A stretch of 64,000 nucleotides of DNA from the NCBI GenBank assembly GCA_027078545.1, contig JALWXN010000004.1, positions 192,001-256,000 on the forward strand, written 5' to 3'. The notes beneath the pieces are model-generated. The model saw only the letters and a program-made list of their open reading frames with translations. It was not told the DNA's origin and did no database searches. Positions 9,952 through 19,795 of this stretch are shown here, in pieces. The position numbers were made by a program, and so were the translations under genes. The DNA is from Nitrososphaeria archaeon. Its GTDB lineage: Archaea > Thermoproteota > Nitrososphaeria > Geothermarchaeales > JDFR-13. Position 1 is the first letter of the stretch. Each line of letters begins with the position of its first letter.

Positions 9952-10028
9952 GGGCCCGTAGCTCAGCCTGGCGGAGCACCGGGCTCATAACCCGGGGGTC
10001 GTGGGTTCAAATCCCACCGGGCCCACCA
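9952..10028 (+). tRNA. tRNA-Ile2 (CAT, agmatidine type), CCA encoded
   Basis: Cloverleaf with CAT anticodon and GGGCCCG acceptor stem typical of archaeal Ile; a separate elongator Met lies at 56049. Confidence 0.85.
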
Positions 10029-10073
10029 GGGATATCTACATATCTCCCTTGGCTGTGAATAGTTTTCCTGGCT

Positions 10074-10622
10074 ATGGTTCTCAGGGTGGGGCTCTACACC
10101 AATAATAGGGCTAAGATAGAGGGTGTCTATAGGGTCTTCGAGGAGCTCTATAGGGATGTCGAGCTGGTGACTAGTGGATCCGGGCTAGTCTTAAAGGATC
10201 AGCCCACATCCCTCGAAGAGATTGTGGAGGGAGCTGTTGCTAGGGCTAGGCATATGATACACAACTTCGATGTGGACTATGGCGTGGGTGTGGAGGCCGG
10301 TGTCTCCCCCCTAGGGCTATATGGTGTATACATAGTTCTACAGGTAGCCGCTGTGACGAGGGATGGGATAGGCTTTGGGCTGGGCGGCTCCTCAGCCTAT
10401 TTCATAGACCATAGCCTAGGCTCCAGGATCGTTAGTAGCTCCATGGCGCGTGTACTGGAGAGTATAACTGGTGATCCTAGCATGAGGGAGTCGAAGGGCT
10501 TCATAGGCTACCTGACCCGGGGAAAGGTTGATAGGGCTGTGCTGACATATGAGGCTACCCGGAACGCGCTCCACACCTTTCTAAATGGCCATGTATTCAA
10601 GATGCCTAGTAAGGATCTCTAG
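10074..10622 (+). CDS. yjjX: Inosine/xanthosine triphosphatase (YjjX/DUF84 family)
   Basis: TNNRAKI, DQPTS..EI..GA..RA, GVGVEAG and GFIGYLT.G...R motifs. Confidence 0.8.
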   Translation: MVLRVGLYTNNRAKIEGVYRVFEELYRDVELVTSGSGLVLKDQPTSLEEIVEGAVARARHMIHNFDVDYGVGVEAGVSPLGLYGVYIVLQVAAVTRDGIGFGLGGSSAYFIDHSLGSRIVSSSMARVLESITGDPSMRESKGFIGYLTRGKVDRAVLTYEATRNALHTFLNGHVFKMPSKDL

Positions 10623-11366
10623 GAGGGCTGTCTCCACCGCTCCGCCATAGATGAGTAGGGCTGTGGCTATGGATAGGGAGGCCGCCACGTAGATCACATC
10701 CCAGAACCCTATCTTCATGGTGGTGAAGGGGGTGTGTCTAGCCCCCTCCCTGAAGCCCCGTAGCTCGAGGGTCTCGGCCACGCTTATACTCTTCCTTACA
10801 CTTATGATGATGAGTGGTATGAGGATCGCTGTATAGTTCCTTATCCTCGTGGTTATGCCGCCAGTATCTAGTCTATGGCCACGGGATAGCTGTGCCTCCA
10901 CTATCTCTGTCAACACCCTTGCCAATACATGTATGAAGCGGAGTGAGAGTGAGAATGCTAGGGTGATGGTTAGGGGCATACCCATCTTCTCCAGTGTTAT
11001 GGCGAAGTCGTCGGGATTGGTGGTTAGGAAGAACGTGTTTAGGCTCATGACTAGGTTTAGGAGCTTCTGGGTGGGTAGGAGACTCGCCATCGGGTCTCCG
11101 GAGACTAGGTAGTTGGCTAGGAAGACTAGGGTCATGAGTGGAGCCAGGGTCACCAGGTTTTTCACCAGTTTTCTCCCTAGCCGCCCCAGTAGTAGTAGCG
11201 TGGCTAGTAGGAGGGCTGTTATGAGTAGCTGGATCGCTTGGCTGTTAACCAGTATGGTGAGGACCATATAGATGAATGCTACTAGTAGCTTGGCCCTAGG
11301 ATCCAGCCTGTATAGGGCTGCGTCTCGCTCCTCGAATCTGAAGGCCTCTAGCCCGATCCTATACAT
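10581..11366 (-). CDS. ecfT: ECF transporter transmembrane T component
   Basis: LDPRAKL, LRFI, AQLSRG and LELRGF conserved Arg motifs. Confidence 0.9.
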   Translation of the reverse strand: MYRIGLEAFRFEERDAALYRLDPRAKLLVAFIYMVLTILVNSQAIQLLITALLLATLLLLGRLGRKLVKNLVTLAPLMTLVFLANYLVSGDPMASLLPTQKLLNLVMSLNTFFLTTNPDDFAITLEKMGMPLTITLAFSLSLRFIHVLARVLTEIVEAQLSRGHRLDTGGITTRIRNYTAILIPLIIISVRKSISVAETLELRGFREGARHTPFTTMKIGFWDVIYVAASLSIATALLIYGGAVETALLEILTRHLEYMAI

Positions 11367-12174
11367 TGTCGAGCACCCCCGCCACCTCGGCGAATACTCC
11401 GCAGTATCCGTGATAGTCCCTGATGACGCCGCTGGTCTTCATGTAGCTTGTTGAGCGGGCATATGTAGGCTTGACCAAGCCATACCTTCCCAGCTGGCCG
11501 GGATCTAGGTCTATGAGCTCCTGTGTATAGCCCCTATACACGACTTGGCCGCCGCTGAGTATGACTACCCTCCCCTCCCTCTCTAGAACCAGCTCCATGT
11601 CATGTGTCACTATGACTACGGCCCCTCCTCTTGAGAGGTGTCTATCTATGGCCCATTGGAGCCTCCTCCTATAGTCGCCGTCGAGCCCTATTGTGGGCTC
11701 GTCCAGGACTAGGTATCGGGGGCTCCAGCCAGTCATTATGGCTATGGATAGTATCCTCTTCTCTCCCCCGCTGAGGGTGAAGGGTGATCTGTCCCGGTAT
11801 CTTGATAGGCCGTACTCCCTTAGGATCTCCTCGGCCCGTTGGTCAGGGTTCTCCACGCCGAAGTTCCTGAGTGTCGTGGATATCTCCTCGATTACTGTGG
11901 GCATGTAGAACATCTTCTCGGGGTTTTGGAATACTATGGAGACCTTCTCGGCCAGTCTGGATACTGGTGTCTCCCTTGTGTCTAGGCCGTCCACCAATAC
12001 TCTTCCCCTACTCGGTTTTAGGAGGCCGTTTAGATGTCGTATCAGGGTTGTCTTGCCCGAGCCGTTGTCCCCGAGGATATAGTATATCTCCCCCTCCACT
12101 ATCTCGAGGGAGACGTCTCTAAGGACGTAGTTCCCGCCGTCATAGGTGTACCAGAGGTTCTCCACCCTTATCAA
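11359..12174 (-). CDS. ecfA: ECF transporter ATPase
   Basis: GDNGSGKTT, FQNPE, LSGGE, LDEPT and VTHD. Confidence 0.92.
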   Translation of the reverse strand: MIRVENLWYTYDGGNYVLRDVSLEIVEGEIYYILGDNGSGKTTLIRHLNGLLKPSRGRVLVDGLDTRETPVSRLAEKVSIVFQNPEKMFYMPTVIEEISTTLRNFGVENPDQRAEEILREYGLSRYRDRSPFTLSGGEKRILSIAIMTGWSPRYLVLDEPTIGLDGDYRRRLQWAIDRHLSRGGAVVIVTHDMELVLEREGRVVILSGGQVVYRGYTQELIDLDPGQLGRYGLVKPTYARSTSYMKTSGVIRDYHGYCGVFAEVAGVLDNV

Positions 12175-12968
12175 CTGTTTACACCCCTGGTGTTGACCAC
12201 CTGTTTAAGGTCGTGGCTCAGGCGGATGTGTAGGGGTATGTTCAGCCTATGTTCCTCCGAGCCTAGGAGGTTGAGTAGCCTCCCCGGACTACCCGTGTAT
12301 CTGACCACTCCCCTGTCTATGTAGATCACTGTGTCGACGAATCCTATCCAGTAGTCTAGTCTATGGTCTATGACGAGGAGTGTGCTCTGGCCCGGGATAT
12401 AGGTGTCTAGGAGGCTCTGGAGGTTCTTCACCGCCATTGGTGATAGGTATGCCGAGGGCTCGTCGAGTATAAGCATCTTAGGCTCTAGCACCAGCATACT
12501 GGCTATAACCACCTTCTGTAGCTCGCCTCCCGAGAGTGTGTCTGTGGTTCTCCCCCATAGATGTGATATTCCTAGGTTCTCCATCACCCGCCTAGTTATC
12601 CTCTCCATCTCCTCTGTGGTCAGCCCCCTAAACTCTAGGGAGAAGGCTATCTCCCTCTCGACCTTGGTCATCAGGACCTGCTCCTCAGGGTTCTGCCTGA
12701 GATAGCCCACTGTCTCGGCCAGCCTCTGTATAGGTGTCTCTGACACCTTCATCCCGTCCACCACGACCTCGCCGGAGTATTCCCCCTGGTAGAAGTGGGG
12801 TATTAGGCCGGTGATGCACCTGGCCAGAGTGGTCTTACCGGATCCGCTGGCCCCTACAAGTAGGTATCTCCTCCCCCGCTCGAGTCTCAGGTCTATCCCT
12901 CTGAGGGCTTTATCCCTGGCCCCTAGATACTTGAACTCTAGGTTCTCTATGGATACTATCTCCTTCAT
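12171..12968 (-). CDS. ecfA: ECF transporter ATPase
   Basis: GASGSGKTT, GLIPHF, QNPE, LSGGE and LDEPS. Confidence 0.92.
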   Translation of the reverse strand: MKEIVSIENLEFKYLGARDKALRGIDLRLERGRRYLLVGASGSGKTTLARCITGLIPHFYQGEYSGEVVVDGMKVSETPIQRLAETVGYLRQNPEEQVLMTKVEREIAFSLEFRGLTTEEMERITRRVMENLGISHLWGRTTDTLSGGELQKVVIASMLVLEPKMLILDEPSAYLSPMAVKNLQSLLDTYIPGQSTLLVIDHRLDYWIGFVDTVIYIDRGVVRYTGSPGRLLNLLGSEEHRLNIPLHIRLSHDLKQVVNTRGVNS

Positions 12969-12978
12969 CACGCCTCTC

Positions 12979-14001
12979 CTAGCTAAGCCTTTCAATTCTA
13001 TAGCCGAGGTCTTTAACCGTTTCCCCCAGGCTTTCGATAATTATCTCCCTCAGCTCCTCCCTATCCATCTTCCCAAATTCGATGTTGTAGATCGTTTCGT
13101 GCCCCCCTCCTGACGCCGTGATCCCCCTCTCCCTCAGTTTCTCGCCCAGCTTCTCCACCAGACGTTTAACCAGTCCGCCCTTCCCGTCGACCGCCCTGAT
13201 ATGGATCTTACCCCTCTTCTTGTATCCATATACTATTGCTACGTCCCCGCCTATGGATAGTAGCTGTCTAGAGACCTTGTTGTGGTGGGAGCTTACATCG
13301 GTCAGGAGTATTATGGTCCCATCCGCCTTCCACCCCTCCAGCCTGAGCATGGCCTTGACTATAGCCATCCTCTCCGAACTGTCCCTCTCCTCCCTGGGTA
13401 GCTTGGCGTAGATGTCCTTGATCGTGTAGCCTGTAAGCTCCATGAGCCTAGCCACCCTATACATCGTCATCGGGGTGGCTAGTTGGAGGAACCTGGTCTC
13501 AACGTATATAGCTGCGAGTGCCATGACTAGGAGGTTGTCATCCATCTCTTCCATTCCGAGGATCTGGTCTACTATGTCTAGGACGATCTCGATTGTGGAG
13601 GACGCGTCTACACCATGTATGAAGCATCGGCCCGGGGGCTTCTCCATGGCTAGGTGATGGTCTATCCAGACGACCCTATCCCTGATCTCATGGATCTTCT
13701 CGGCCAGATCCCCCAGTAGCTTTGGGTTCGAGGTGTCTACCATGATGTAGAGGTCGTAGTCCGGCGATGCTTCAGTGATATACTCTATCCCCACGTCTAG
13801 GTTGTCTAGGAGGCTTAGGGTTATGCCGGAGAGACCCTCCGGCACGTATATATCAACCCTCTCAACCCCCCTCCTTAGGAGGAGTGTTCTAAGTAGTTCT
13901 GCCGATGCCACTGCATCTATATCCGCGTGTCTATGGGTTGTGATTAGGGCTGAACCGGCCTTCTCGAGCAGGCCTGTTAGACAGTCTACCCCCATCACCA
14001 T
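12979..14001 (-). CDS. DHH-family phosphoesterase (NrnA-like)
   Basis: THRHADIDA, VDT, IDHH and SGGGH. Confidence 0.9.
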   Translation of the reverse strand: MVMGVDCLTGLLEKAGSALITTHRHADIDAVASAELLRTLLLRRGVERVDIYVPEGLSGITLSLLDNLDVGIEYITEASPDYDLYIMVDTSNPKLLGDLAEKIHEIRDRVVWIDHHLAMEKPPGRCFIHGVDASSTIEIVLDIVDQILGMEEMDDNLLVMALAAIYVETRFLQLATPMTMYRVARLMELTGYTIKDIYAKLPREERDSSERMAIVKAMLRLEGWKADGTIILLTDVSSHHNKVSRQLLSIGGDVAIVYGYKKRGKIHIRAVDGKGGLVKRLVEKLGEKLRERGITASGGGHETIYNIEFGKMDREELREIIIESLGETVKDLGYRIERLS

Positions 14002-14039
14002 CTAAGATGACTGGTGATCCATCGTTATATCTGGCTAGT

Positions 14040-14399
14040 CTATGACACCTGTGCCGGCCCTCCCCCCATCAACTTCCTTATCTCGGCCTCAGCCTTCTTC
14101 ATATCTTCTAGGAGCTTCTTCTCCTGGTCCTCCAGGATCTTTATCCTGGTCTCTAGGAGCTTTATCGACTCTTCAAGCTCCTTAGCCACGTCCTCCTTCT
14201 TGACCTTTATGAATACTCCTCCCACTAGTCTATATACATATTCGTCCTCACTGTTCTTCATGGCCTCGTAGGCGTTCTTGTTCTCTAGGAGTGTTACCTG
14301 TAGCTGCTGTTTCTGTAGGGCTATGCTCTGATAGGTCTTCTGCATATCGTTGAGCTGTTTGAGGAGCTGCTGCACCTTCGGGGGTATCTCTCTGCTCAC
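14040..14399 (-). CDS. pfdB: Prefoldin beta subunit
   Basis: IPPKVQ, VYRLVGGVFIK and coiled coils. Confidence 0.95.
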   Translation of the reverse strand: MSREIPPKVQQLLKQLNDMQKTYQSIALQKQQLQVTLLENKNAYEAMKNSEDEYVYRLVGGVFIKVKKEDVAKELEESIKLLETRIKILEDQEKKLLEDMKKAEAEIRKLMGGGPAQVS

Positions 14400-14438
14400 C
14401 GCTTCTCACCTCGCCGTGCTGTTTATGTAAGGGTCTCT

Positions 14439-14672
14439 CTATAGATTCTCCTTCTCTGGTAATAAATTCTCAAGCATCGCGACTCCTCGTAGAATGCTGT
14501 TTATTATGCCTCGGAACTCGGTCTGGCTTTTGCTCTCGACCTCGAGGACGACTTCTCCATCGATCCTAACAATCCTTATCAGTGGGTCGTCGACAGCTAT
14601 CGCCGTGGCTATACGTATCTTCTCCTCTCCCCTGCCTAGGAAGATTCTCGCTCTATATCTACACCCCTCCAT
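14439..14672 (-). CDS. KEOPS Pcc1-family protein
   Basis: Position between Brix and pfdB; C-terminal FRGIINSILR resembles the Pcc1 R...NS.LR motif. Confidence 0.65.
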   Translation of the reverse strand: MEGCRYRARIFLGRGEEKIRIATAIAVDDPLIRIVRIDGEVVLEVESKSQTEFRGIINSILRGVAMLENLLPEKENL

Positions 14673-15163
14673 CTCCTCACCCTTATAACTGGGTATAGCT
14701 CCTCCTCCCCATGTCTAAACACTATCCTGTGCTCCTCACCCTCCTCTACGTGTAGTGAGGCCTCTACACCGCTCCTCCTAGGGTCGTGTAGCGGTAGGTC
14801 TAGGTAGGCCTCTAGGAATCTGTAGAGCTCTCCCCCTCCCTCCCCTGATAGTGTGGAGACTATCCTCCTCTCCCTGTTCTTCTGGTCTACTAGGAGCTTC
14901 ACCCCTCCTATGTATGCCTCTCCAAGTATGGAGAGTGTTTTGTAGCCCGGCTCTGTGAATAGGATCTTGCCCGGGTTGCCCTTCCAGGTCTCGATTATGA
15001 TGACCTTTGAATATCCCTTTGTAACCGCGTATTCCCATAGGTCTCGTAGGCTCTTCTTCCCCCTGTTTATCTTCGTCGATGTCGGGATGACCCAGCTGAG
15101 CTCCTTAGCTAGTCTGCTCACCCTCCTAGTCGGGCGTCTGGAGGTCGTTATGAGGATGGCTAT
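14636..15163 (-). CDS. Brix/Imp4-domain ribosome biogenesis protein, probable ATA start
   Basis: In-frame ILITTSRRPTRR upstream of the ORF-track start; INRGKKSL and WKGNPG motifs. Confidence 0.85.
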   Translation of the reverse strand: MAILITTSRRPTRRVSRLAKELSWVIPTSTKINRGKKSLRDLWEYAVTKGYSKVIIIETWKGNPGKILFTEPGYKTLSILGEAYIGGVKLLVDQKNRERRIVSTLSGEGGGELYRFLEAYLDLPLHDPRRSGVEASLHVEEGEEHRIVFRHGEEELYPVIRVRRWRGVDIERESS

Positions 15164-15180
15164 TTTGGAGCCCCTCCGGG

Positions 15181-15414
15181 CTACCTCACCTTATGGGTTA
15201 GGAAGGGCTCGTAGGCGCCTCCGGCGAAGGTGTATCCACACTTCCTACATCTCCATATCCCTACTGATACCCACTCCACCTTCTTGTGCATGCACTGGGG
15301 GCATTCATACTTGGAGAGCTTCTTCAGCATGACTAGGTTCCAACGCTTCCTTAGTGAGGCTCCGTAGCGAGGCCCGAATCTGGCGGCTATATTTGGTATC
15401 TTCTTCTTGGCCAT
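15181..15414 (-). CDS. rpl37ae: 50S ribosomal protein L37Ae (eL43)
   Basis: RFGPRYGASLRK, CPQC and GIWRCRKCG..FAGGAY. Confidence 0.97.
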   Translation of the reverse strand: MAKKKIPNIAARFGPRYGASLRKRWNLVMLKKLSKYECPQCMHKKVEWVSVGIWRCRKCGYTFAGGAYEPFLTHKVR

Positions 15415-15458
15415 GGCTTATTACCTCCCTCTACACCCACTATACTCTGGTTATCCCG

Positions 15459-16310
15459 CTAGCCACTTATAATTCCACGTTCCCTCAATATATTCCGTAT
15501 CTCTATGCTCTTCTCATATGCCAGGTCTAGGGCCTTGAAGACGTCTTCATAGGATAGGCTGCCCTTTAGGAGTTGTATGCTGCATATCTCCCCTGTCGAT
15601 AGGTGTGTATATGTTATCAGGGCGTCGGCCACCTCCTCCTCGGAGGCTGTGGGGTCTACGAACATCTTGTCTCCATACATGGCTATGGTGTTTGCTATCG
15701 GGACCTCCTCTATCTGGAAGGGCTTCCTCGGCACCTCCTTGATATTGTTGTTATTAACGTTCTCGAGGTTCTCCCGTATATAGTCTAGATCCGGCATCTC
15801 CGCAGTGGCTAGGGCTGCTACAGCACCGATGACGGCTGCGTCTATGATGTTTCCATCGTCGTTTAGGATGTTGAAGTCGACGAATATCTTTAGGACTGCT
15901 TCTCCAGGGACTATCACGTATTTCTTGAAGTCTATTATCCCGCTCTCCCTGAGGCTTCTATCGACGACCCTACTCATCTCTATCTCGTACTCGTCTGGTG
16001 GGCCTGCCTCGGCCTCGAATGAGGCTGTGGGTAGGATCTCGCCCTCCACGAGGAGTATCGCGCTGTCTGGCGAGTCGGTGAATGGTGTGCCTATCTCGAA
16101 GTTTACGCCGGTAACCACTATCGTGTCTCCTAGATAGACTGTGGCGGAGCCGAAGGCCTTCTCTATGGTGCCCACCTTGATGTCTATGGGTCTGTACTGG
16201 GTGAGCTCCCTACCGTCCTCCCTCATCCCCTTCCCGAGGAAGTTTCTAGCCTGCTCCATCCGTAGGATCTCGGATAGGGTTTTACCCTTATACTCCTTGC
16301 TCATTACCAT
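15459..16310 (-). CDS. rrp42: Exosome subunit Rrp42
   Basis: REDGR...YRPI, GPPDE, SRVVDRSLRES and DGNIIDA. Confidence 0.95.
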   Translation of the reverse strand: MVMSKEYKGKTLSEILRMEQARNFLGKGMREDGRELTQYRPIDIKVGTIEKAFGSATVYLGDTIVVTGVNFEIGTPFTDSPDSAILLVEGEILPTASFEAEAGPPDEYEIEMSRVVDRSLRESGIIDFKKYVIVPGEAVLKIFVDFNILNDDGNIIDAAVIGAVAALATAEMPDLDYIRENLENVNNNNIKEVPRKPFQIEEVPIANTIAMYGDKMFVDPTASEEEVADALITYTHLSTGEICSIQLLKGSLSYEDVFKALDLAYEKSIEIRNILRERGIISG

Positions 16311-17028
16311 CTCCCTCCGATGGTATCTCACTCATCTTCTCGATCAGTCCCTTAAGGGCCCTCTTCTGCTCCTCATACAGCTCCAGGGCTCCTGCCAAGG
16401 CCTTCTCGAAGGCCTCTTTAAACTCCTCATGTGTAAGCTTGCCATCCATCTGTAGGAGTACTACCCTCTTCAGGTTGGGCATGATGGCTATGGGGAGGTC
16501 CGCCTCACCCTCCTTATCCTCCTCCTCCCCCACGTCGACCACTATCTTGCCACTGACCTTACCAGCTGAACATCCCACGACCATGTCTCTAAGGGGTATA
16601 CCCGCCTCGGCCAGTGCCACTGATGCTGCTGTTATGCTGGCTACCCTGGTGCTCCCCTCGGCCTGGAGGACCTCTATGAAGATGTCTATACTCATCTCGG
16701 GGAACTTCTCGAGTATCACCGCCTGTTCGAGGGCGGTTCTTATAACCTTGGATAGCTCTATCTCCCTCCTCGAGGGTTTGGGCGACTTCCTCTCGGTAGT
16801 GCTGTATGGAGCCATGTGGTATCTACAGTTTATTATCGCCCTGTCCTGTAGGGCCTCGAACTTTGGGAAGTGTTCCTTCGGCCCATATACACCTACTACT
16901 ATCCAGTTCTTACCCAGCCTGATCTCGGCCGATCCATCCGCGTTTTTCAGGATACCCGCGTTGATAGAGTATTTCCTAAGTTCATCCGGCTTTCTACCGT
17001 CTACCCTTATGAACTCCTCCTTACTCAT
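16288..17028 (-). CDS. rrp41: Exosome catalytic subunit Rrp41
   Basis: RVDGRKPDELR, ADGSA, YHMAPYSTTERK and SRREIELS. Confidence 0.97.
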   Translation of the reverse strand: MSKEEFIRVDGRKPDELRKYSINAGILKNADGSAEIRLGKNWIVVGVYGPKEHFPKFEALQDRAIINCRYHMAPYSTTERKSPKPSRREIELSKVIRTALEQAVILEKFPEMSIDIFIEVLQAEGSTRVASITAASVALAEAGIPLRDMVVGCSAGKVSGKIVVDVGEEEDKEGEADLPIAIMPNLKRVVLLQMDGKLTHEEFKEAFEKALAGALELYEEQKRALKGLIEKMSEIPSEGDGNEQGV

Positions 17029-17048
17029 ATCCTATAAACACCTCCTCA

Positions 17049-17819
17049 TCAAGACGTGTCGTTCTCCCCGTCTTCGAGGGTCGTCCCGAGCATGGAGGCT
17101 ATCTTGCCCGTCAACCCTGGGGCGAATGTACGGGATATAATCGTGTTTATAATCCTCTTGAGTAGGAGATACTTCTCATATTCTCCCTTGAAGAGTATCA
17201 CGCCGTTCTGGCCTATCACGATGTCCCCATCTATATTCTCCTTGATCATCTTTATCATGCTCCCCTTCTTACCGATGATCCTCGGGATCTTTGTTGTGTG
17301 GACCTTGATGACGAAGTAGCCCCTCAGCTTACCGATGTGGCGTGGGGAGACCGTGGTCTTCTCCGGGTTTAGGGAGAGGATTGCGTGGGACTGTGCATTT
17401 ATGTCGTAGATCACGGCTCCTATCAGGTCGCCTATGGAGAACTGCTGTGTCAGGTCATAGGTCTTGGGGTCGAAGCGCCTCTCGCCTCCCTGCCTCCTAA
17501 TCAGCTCCTGGGCCGCTAGGAAGGCCTTTGTGGATGCTCCTATATCGACTATCCAGCCGTTGGGGGCGTATGCTGTCACCACTCCTACCACGTAGTCCCC
17601 CTTCCTGGGGGTGTATACATTCTTATATGGTATTAGGTCTAGCCCCCTACCAGTCTTCTTTATCACTCCGAGGTGGGTCGCTACGTAGCCTATCGGCGTC
17701 TTTATGAAGTAGGCCTCCCCCGAGTTTGTATCTCCATATCTAGGCCTCTTTGGGACCTTCTCGCCTGGGGTCACTATCCACATCTTCTTGTTGGTATCCC
17801 TCTCTTCCTGGTTCTCCAT
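17049..17819 (-). CDS. rrp4: Exosome cap subunit Rrp4
   Basis: IVTPGE, YTPRKGDYVVG S1 domain and KH motif PRIIGKKGSMI. Confidence 0.93.
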   Translation of the reverse strand: MENQEERDTNKKMWIVTPGEKVPKRPRYGDTNSGEAYFIKTPIGYVATHLGVIKKTGRGLDLIPYKNVYTPRKGDYVVGVVTAYAPNGWIVDIGASTKAFLAAQELIRRQGGERRFDPKTYDLTQQFSIGDLIGAVIYDINAQSHAILSLNPEKTTVSPRHIGKLRGYFVIKVHTTKIPRIIGKKGSMIKMIKENIDGDIVIGQNGVILFKGEYEKYLLLKRIINTIISRTFAPGLTGKIASMLGTTLEDGENDTS

Positions 17820-17838
17820 AGTGCTCCACCCTCGCCCT

Positions 17839-18546
17839 CTATACCGTCTTCTCCTCCACTATCTCCACGTATGCTACTCCGCCGGTCATCCTCGATATCT
17901 TCTCCATGAAGTCCACCTTCATGCCGGAGGGTATCGAGACGGTGACGTCTAGGGAACCGTCGTTTAGCCAGTCCTCCTTTATAATGTCGCTGGCATTCCT
18001 GATGTAGCCATATACCTTGCCCACGTAGGCAGGCGGTATCTTGATAGAGAGGATCGATATCTGCTTCTTGATCGGTATGTATTTGGAGAGGTCTGATATG
18101 ACCTGGTTTATCTGTTCCTCGACGGGCTTGAAGGGGTCTATCTTTACACCCCCCTCTTCTAGGGCGGTCTCTATCCTCAGGGGTGGTATGGGGGCTGATG
18201 TCCTGGCGTCTACACAGTACCTAGAGATGTAGTCTATTATCTGCCTCTTCTTCTCCTCTATAAGCCTCCTCCTCTGGTCAGCCCTTATCTGGAGCTCCCC
18301 CTCCCTAACTATCTTCTCAGCTATCTTCTCCACATCCGTGGTTCCGAATACTGACATGAGGTCTGACTTGGATGCCCTTAGACCCTTGTTGGCATCTGTA
18401 TATACCTCGTCGAATACGAGGACGTTGGTGAAGTCCTTCCGCCTCCCCAGCTTGTATTCAAGTGCCTTGTCGGGGTCTACGAGTACCTCGAACTTCTTAC
18501 CACCTTTTTTGTACCTCGCTATGGTGTAATTCGTCAATTTAACCAC
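17839..18546 (-). CDS. sdo1: Ribosome maturation protein SBDS/Sdo1
   Basis: GKKFEVLVDP, DANKGLRAS and PIPPLRIE. Confidence 0.96.
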   Translation of the reverse strand: MVKLTNYTIARYKKGGKKFEVLVDPDKALEYKLGRRKDFTNVLVFDEVYTDANKGLRASKSDLMSVFGTTDVEKIAEKIVREGELQIRADQRRRLIEEKKRQIIDYISRYCVDARTSAPIPPLRIETALEEGGVKIDPFKPVEEQINQVISDLSKYIPIKKQISILSIKIPPAYVGKVYGYIRNASDIIKEDWLNDGSLDVTVSIPSGMKVDFMEKISRMTGGVAYVEIVEEKTV

Positions 18547-18635
18547 CGGTTGTTATCTGGGGATGGATCGATATGTAATTTATGGATTATTGTTCCACCA
18601 CCGTCTCTAGAAAATGATTATTCACCCTGGATTCC

Positions 18636-19382
18636 TTATAACTCCTCATACTTCTGCTTAGCCATCTCGATATACTTCTTCGCCTCGTCCACCCCTATGA
18701 ACTTGGCGTCCATGTCCTTGACGCTTATCTCTAGGAACCTGATCTCTATCGACTCCTTCTTACCGATGTTCTTCTTCCTACTGGCGTATAGTATGGCCCC
18801 AGCGGCTAGCACCTTCAGCTCCTCGAGGTCGGCCTCTGGGTTGTAGTACTTCTCTATGAAGTCTAGGGCTGAGTCTGAGTCGGCCCCTATGGCTGCGGCT
18901 ACGTATTTGATGAAGGAGCCGCTTGGGTCTGTTACATAGATGGCTGGTGTGCCGTCCGGGTTTATACCGCCGAATATTATGGCTACTCCGAAGGGCCTTA
19001 TCCCGCCCTGCTGTGTGAAGCCCTGCTTGATATTCCCTATACGCCTAGCCACTACGTCTACATATGGTGGCTCGTCGTAGAGGATCCTCTGATACTGGCA
19101 GAACTCCCTTGCATAGTCGATGAGGACTCTTCCATCCGGTACGTAGCCGGAGATGGCTCCACCTATATTCCTATCTATTATGAATAGCTTCCTACTGTGG
19201 TTCTTGTCCTGGAACCTTGCGAAGGGCTCCTCAGCCGCTAGGACCACCCCGTGTTTAGACTGGATCCCTAGGGAGATGGTCCCCCTCTTAACGGTCTCGA
19301 GGGCATACTCTACCTGGAAGATACGGCCGTCTGGGGAGAATACGGTTATGGCCCTGTCATAAGCCGCCTGTGTAGGTATCAT
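18636..19382 (-). CDS. psmA: Proteasome alpha subunit
   Basis: YDRAITVFSPDGRIFQVEYA. Confidence 0.98.
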   Translation of the reverse strand: MIPTQAAYDRAITVFSPDGRIFQVEYALETVKRGTISLGIQSKHGVVLAAEEPFARFQDKNHSRKLFIIDRNIGGAISGYVPDGRVLIDYAREFCQYQRILYDEPPYVDVVARRIGNIKQGFTQQGGIRPFGVAIIFGGINPDGTPAIYVTDPSGSFIKYVAAAIGADSDSALDFIEKYYNPEADLEELKVLAAGAILYASRKKNIGKKESIEIRFLEISVKDMDAKFIGVDEAKKYIEMAKQKYEEL

Positions 19383-19450
19383 TCTCTATGTACACCCCAC
19401 GCCAACTACATTAACAGTTGGATGACCTAATTAAAAATTGGCTGTTGATA

Positions 19451-19795
19451 CTACTCAGGCTTCCTGATGGGCCATGGCCTGGTTTCCTCAACACTCTTCC
19501 TACGCACCTGCCTCAACGTGTTGGCCACGATTATATATTTAGGCCTAGTCCCACTCTCCTCCATGGCTTTCCATAGGGCGTATATAGTCTTGTCTAGATA
19601 TTCCTGGAGCACCCGGTATATGAACTCCTCCTGATCCGTGTGTATAAGCTTCACCCTTGCTAGGCAGTAGTCGTGTGGCCCGTATAGCTTTAGATACTTC
19701 TTCAGCATTCGATAGGCTATCCTGTGTGGGGGGAGCACTGTCCCCACCCTGACGTATCGATACCTATATATCTTTACCATAGGGCTCTCCACCAC
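19451..19795 (-). CDS. rnp2: RNase P protein Pop5/Rpp14, divergent
   Basis: RYRY N-terminus, LYG motif and superoperon position upstream of psmA. Confidence 0.6.
   Translation of the reverse strand: MVESPMVKIYRYRYVRVGTVLPPHRIAYRMLKKYLKLYGPHDYCLARVKLIHTDQEEFIYRVLQEYLDKTIYALWKAMEESGTRPKYIIVANTLRQVRRKSVEETRPWPIRKPE

Noticed and set aside
9952-10028. Annotating this tRNA as Met
   Set aside because: The acceptor stem is Ile-type and a typical intron-containing elongator Met is at 56049; the initiator signature A1:U72 is absent
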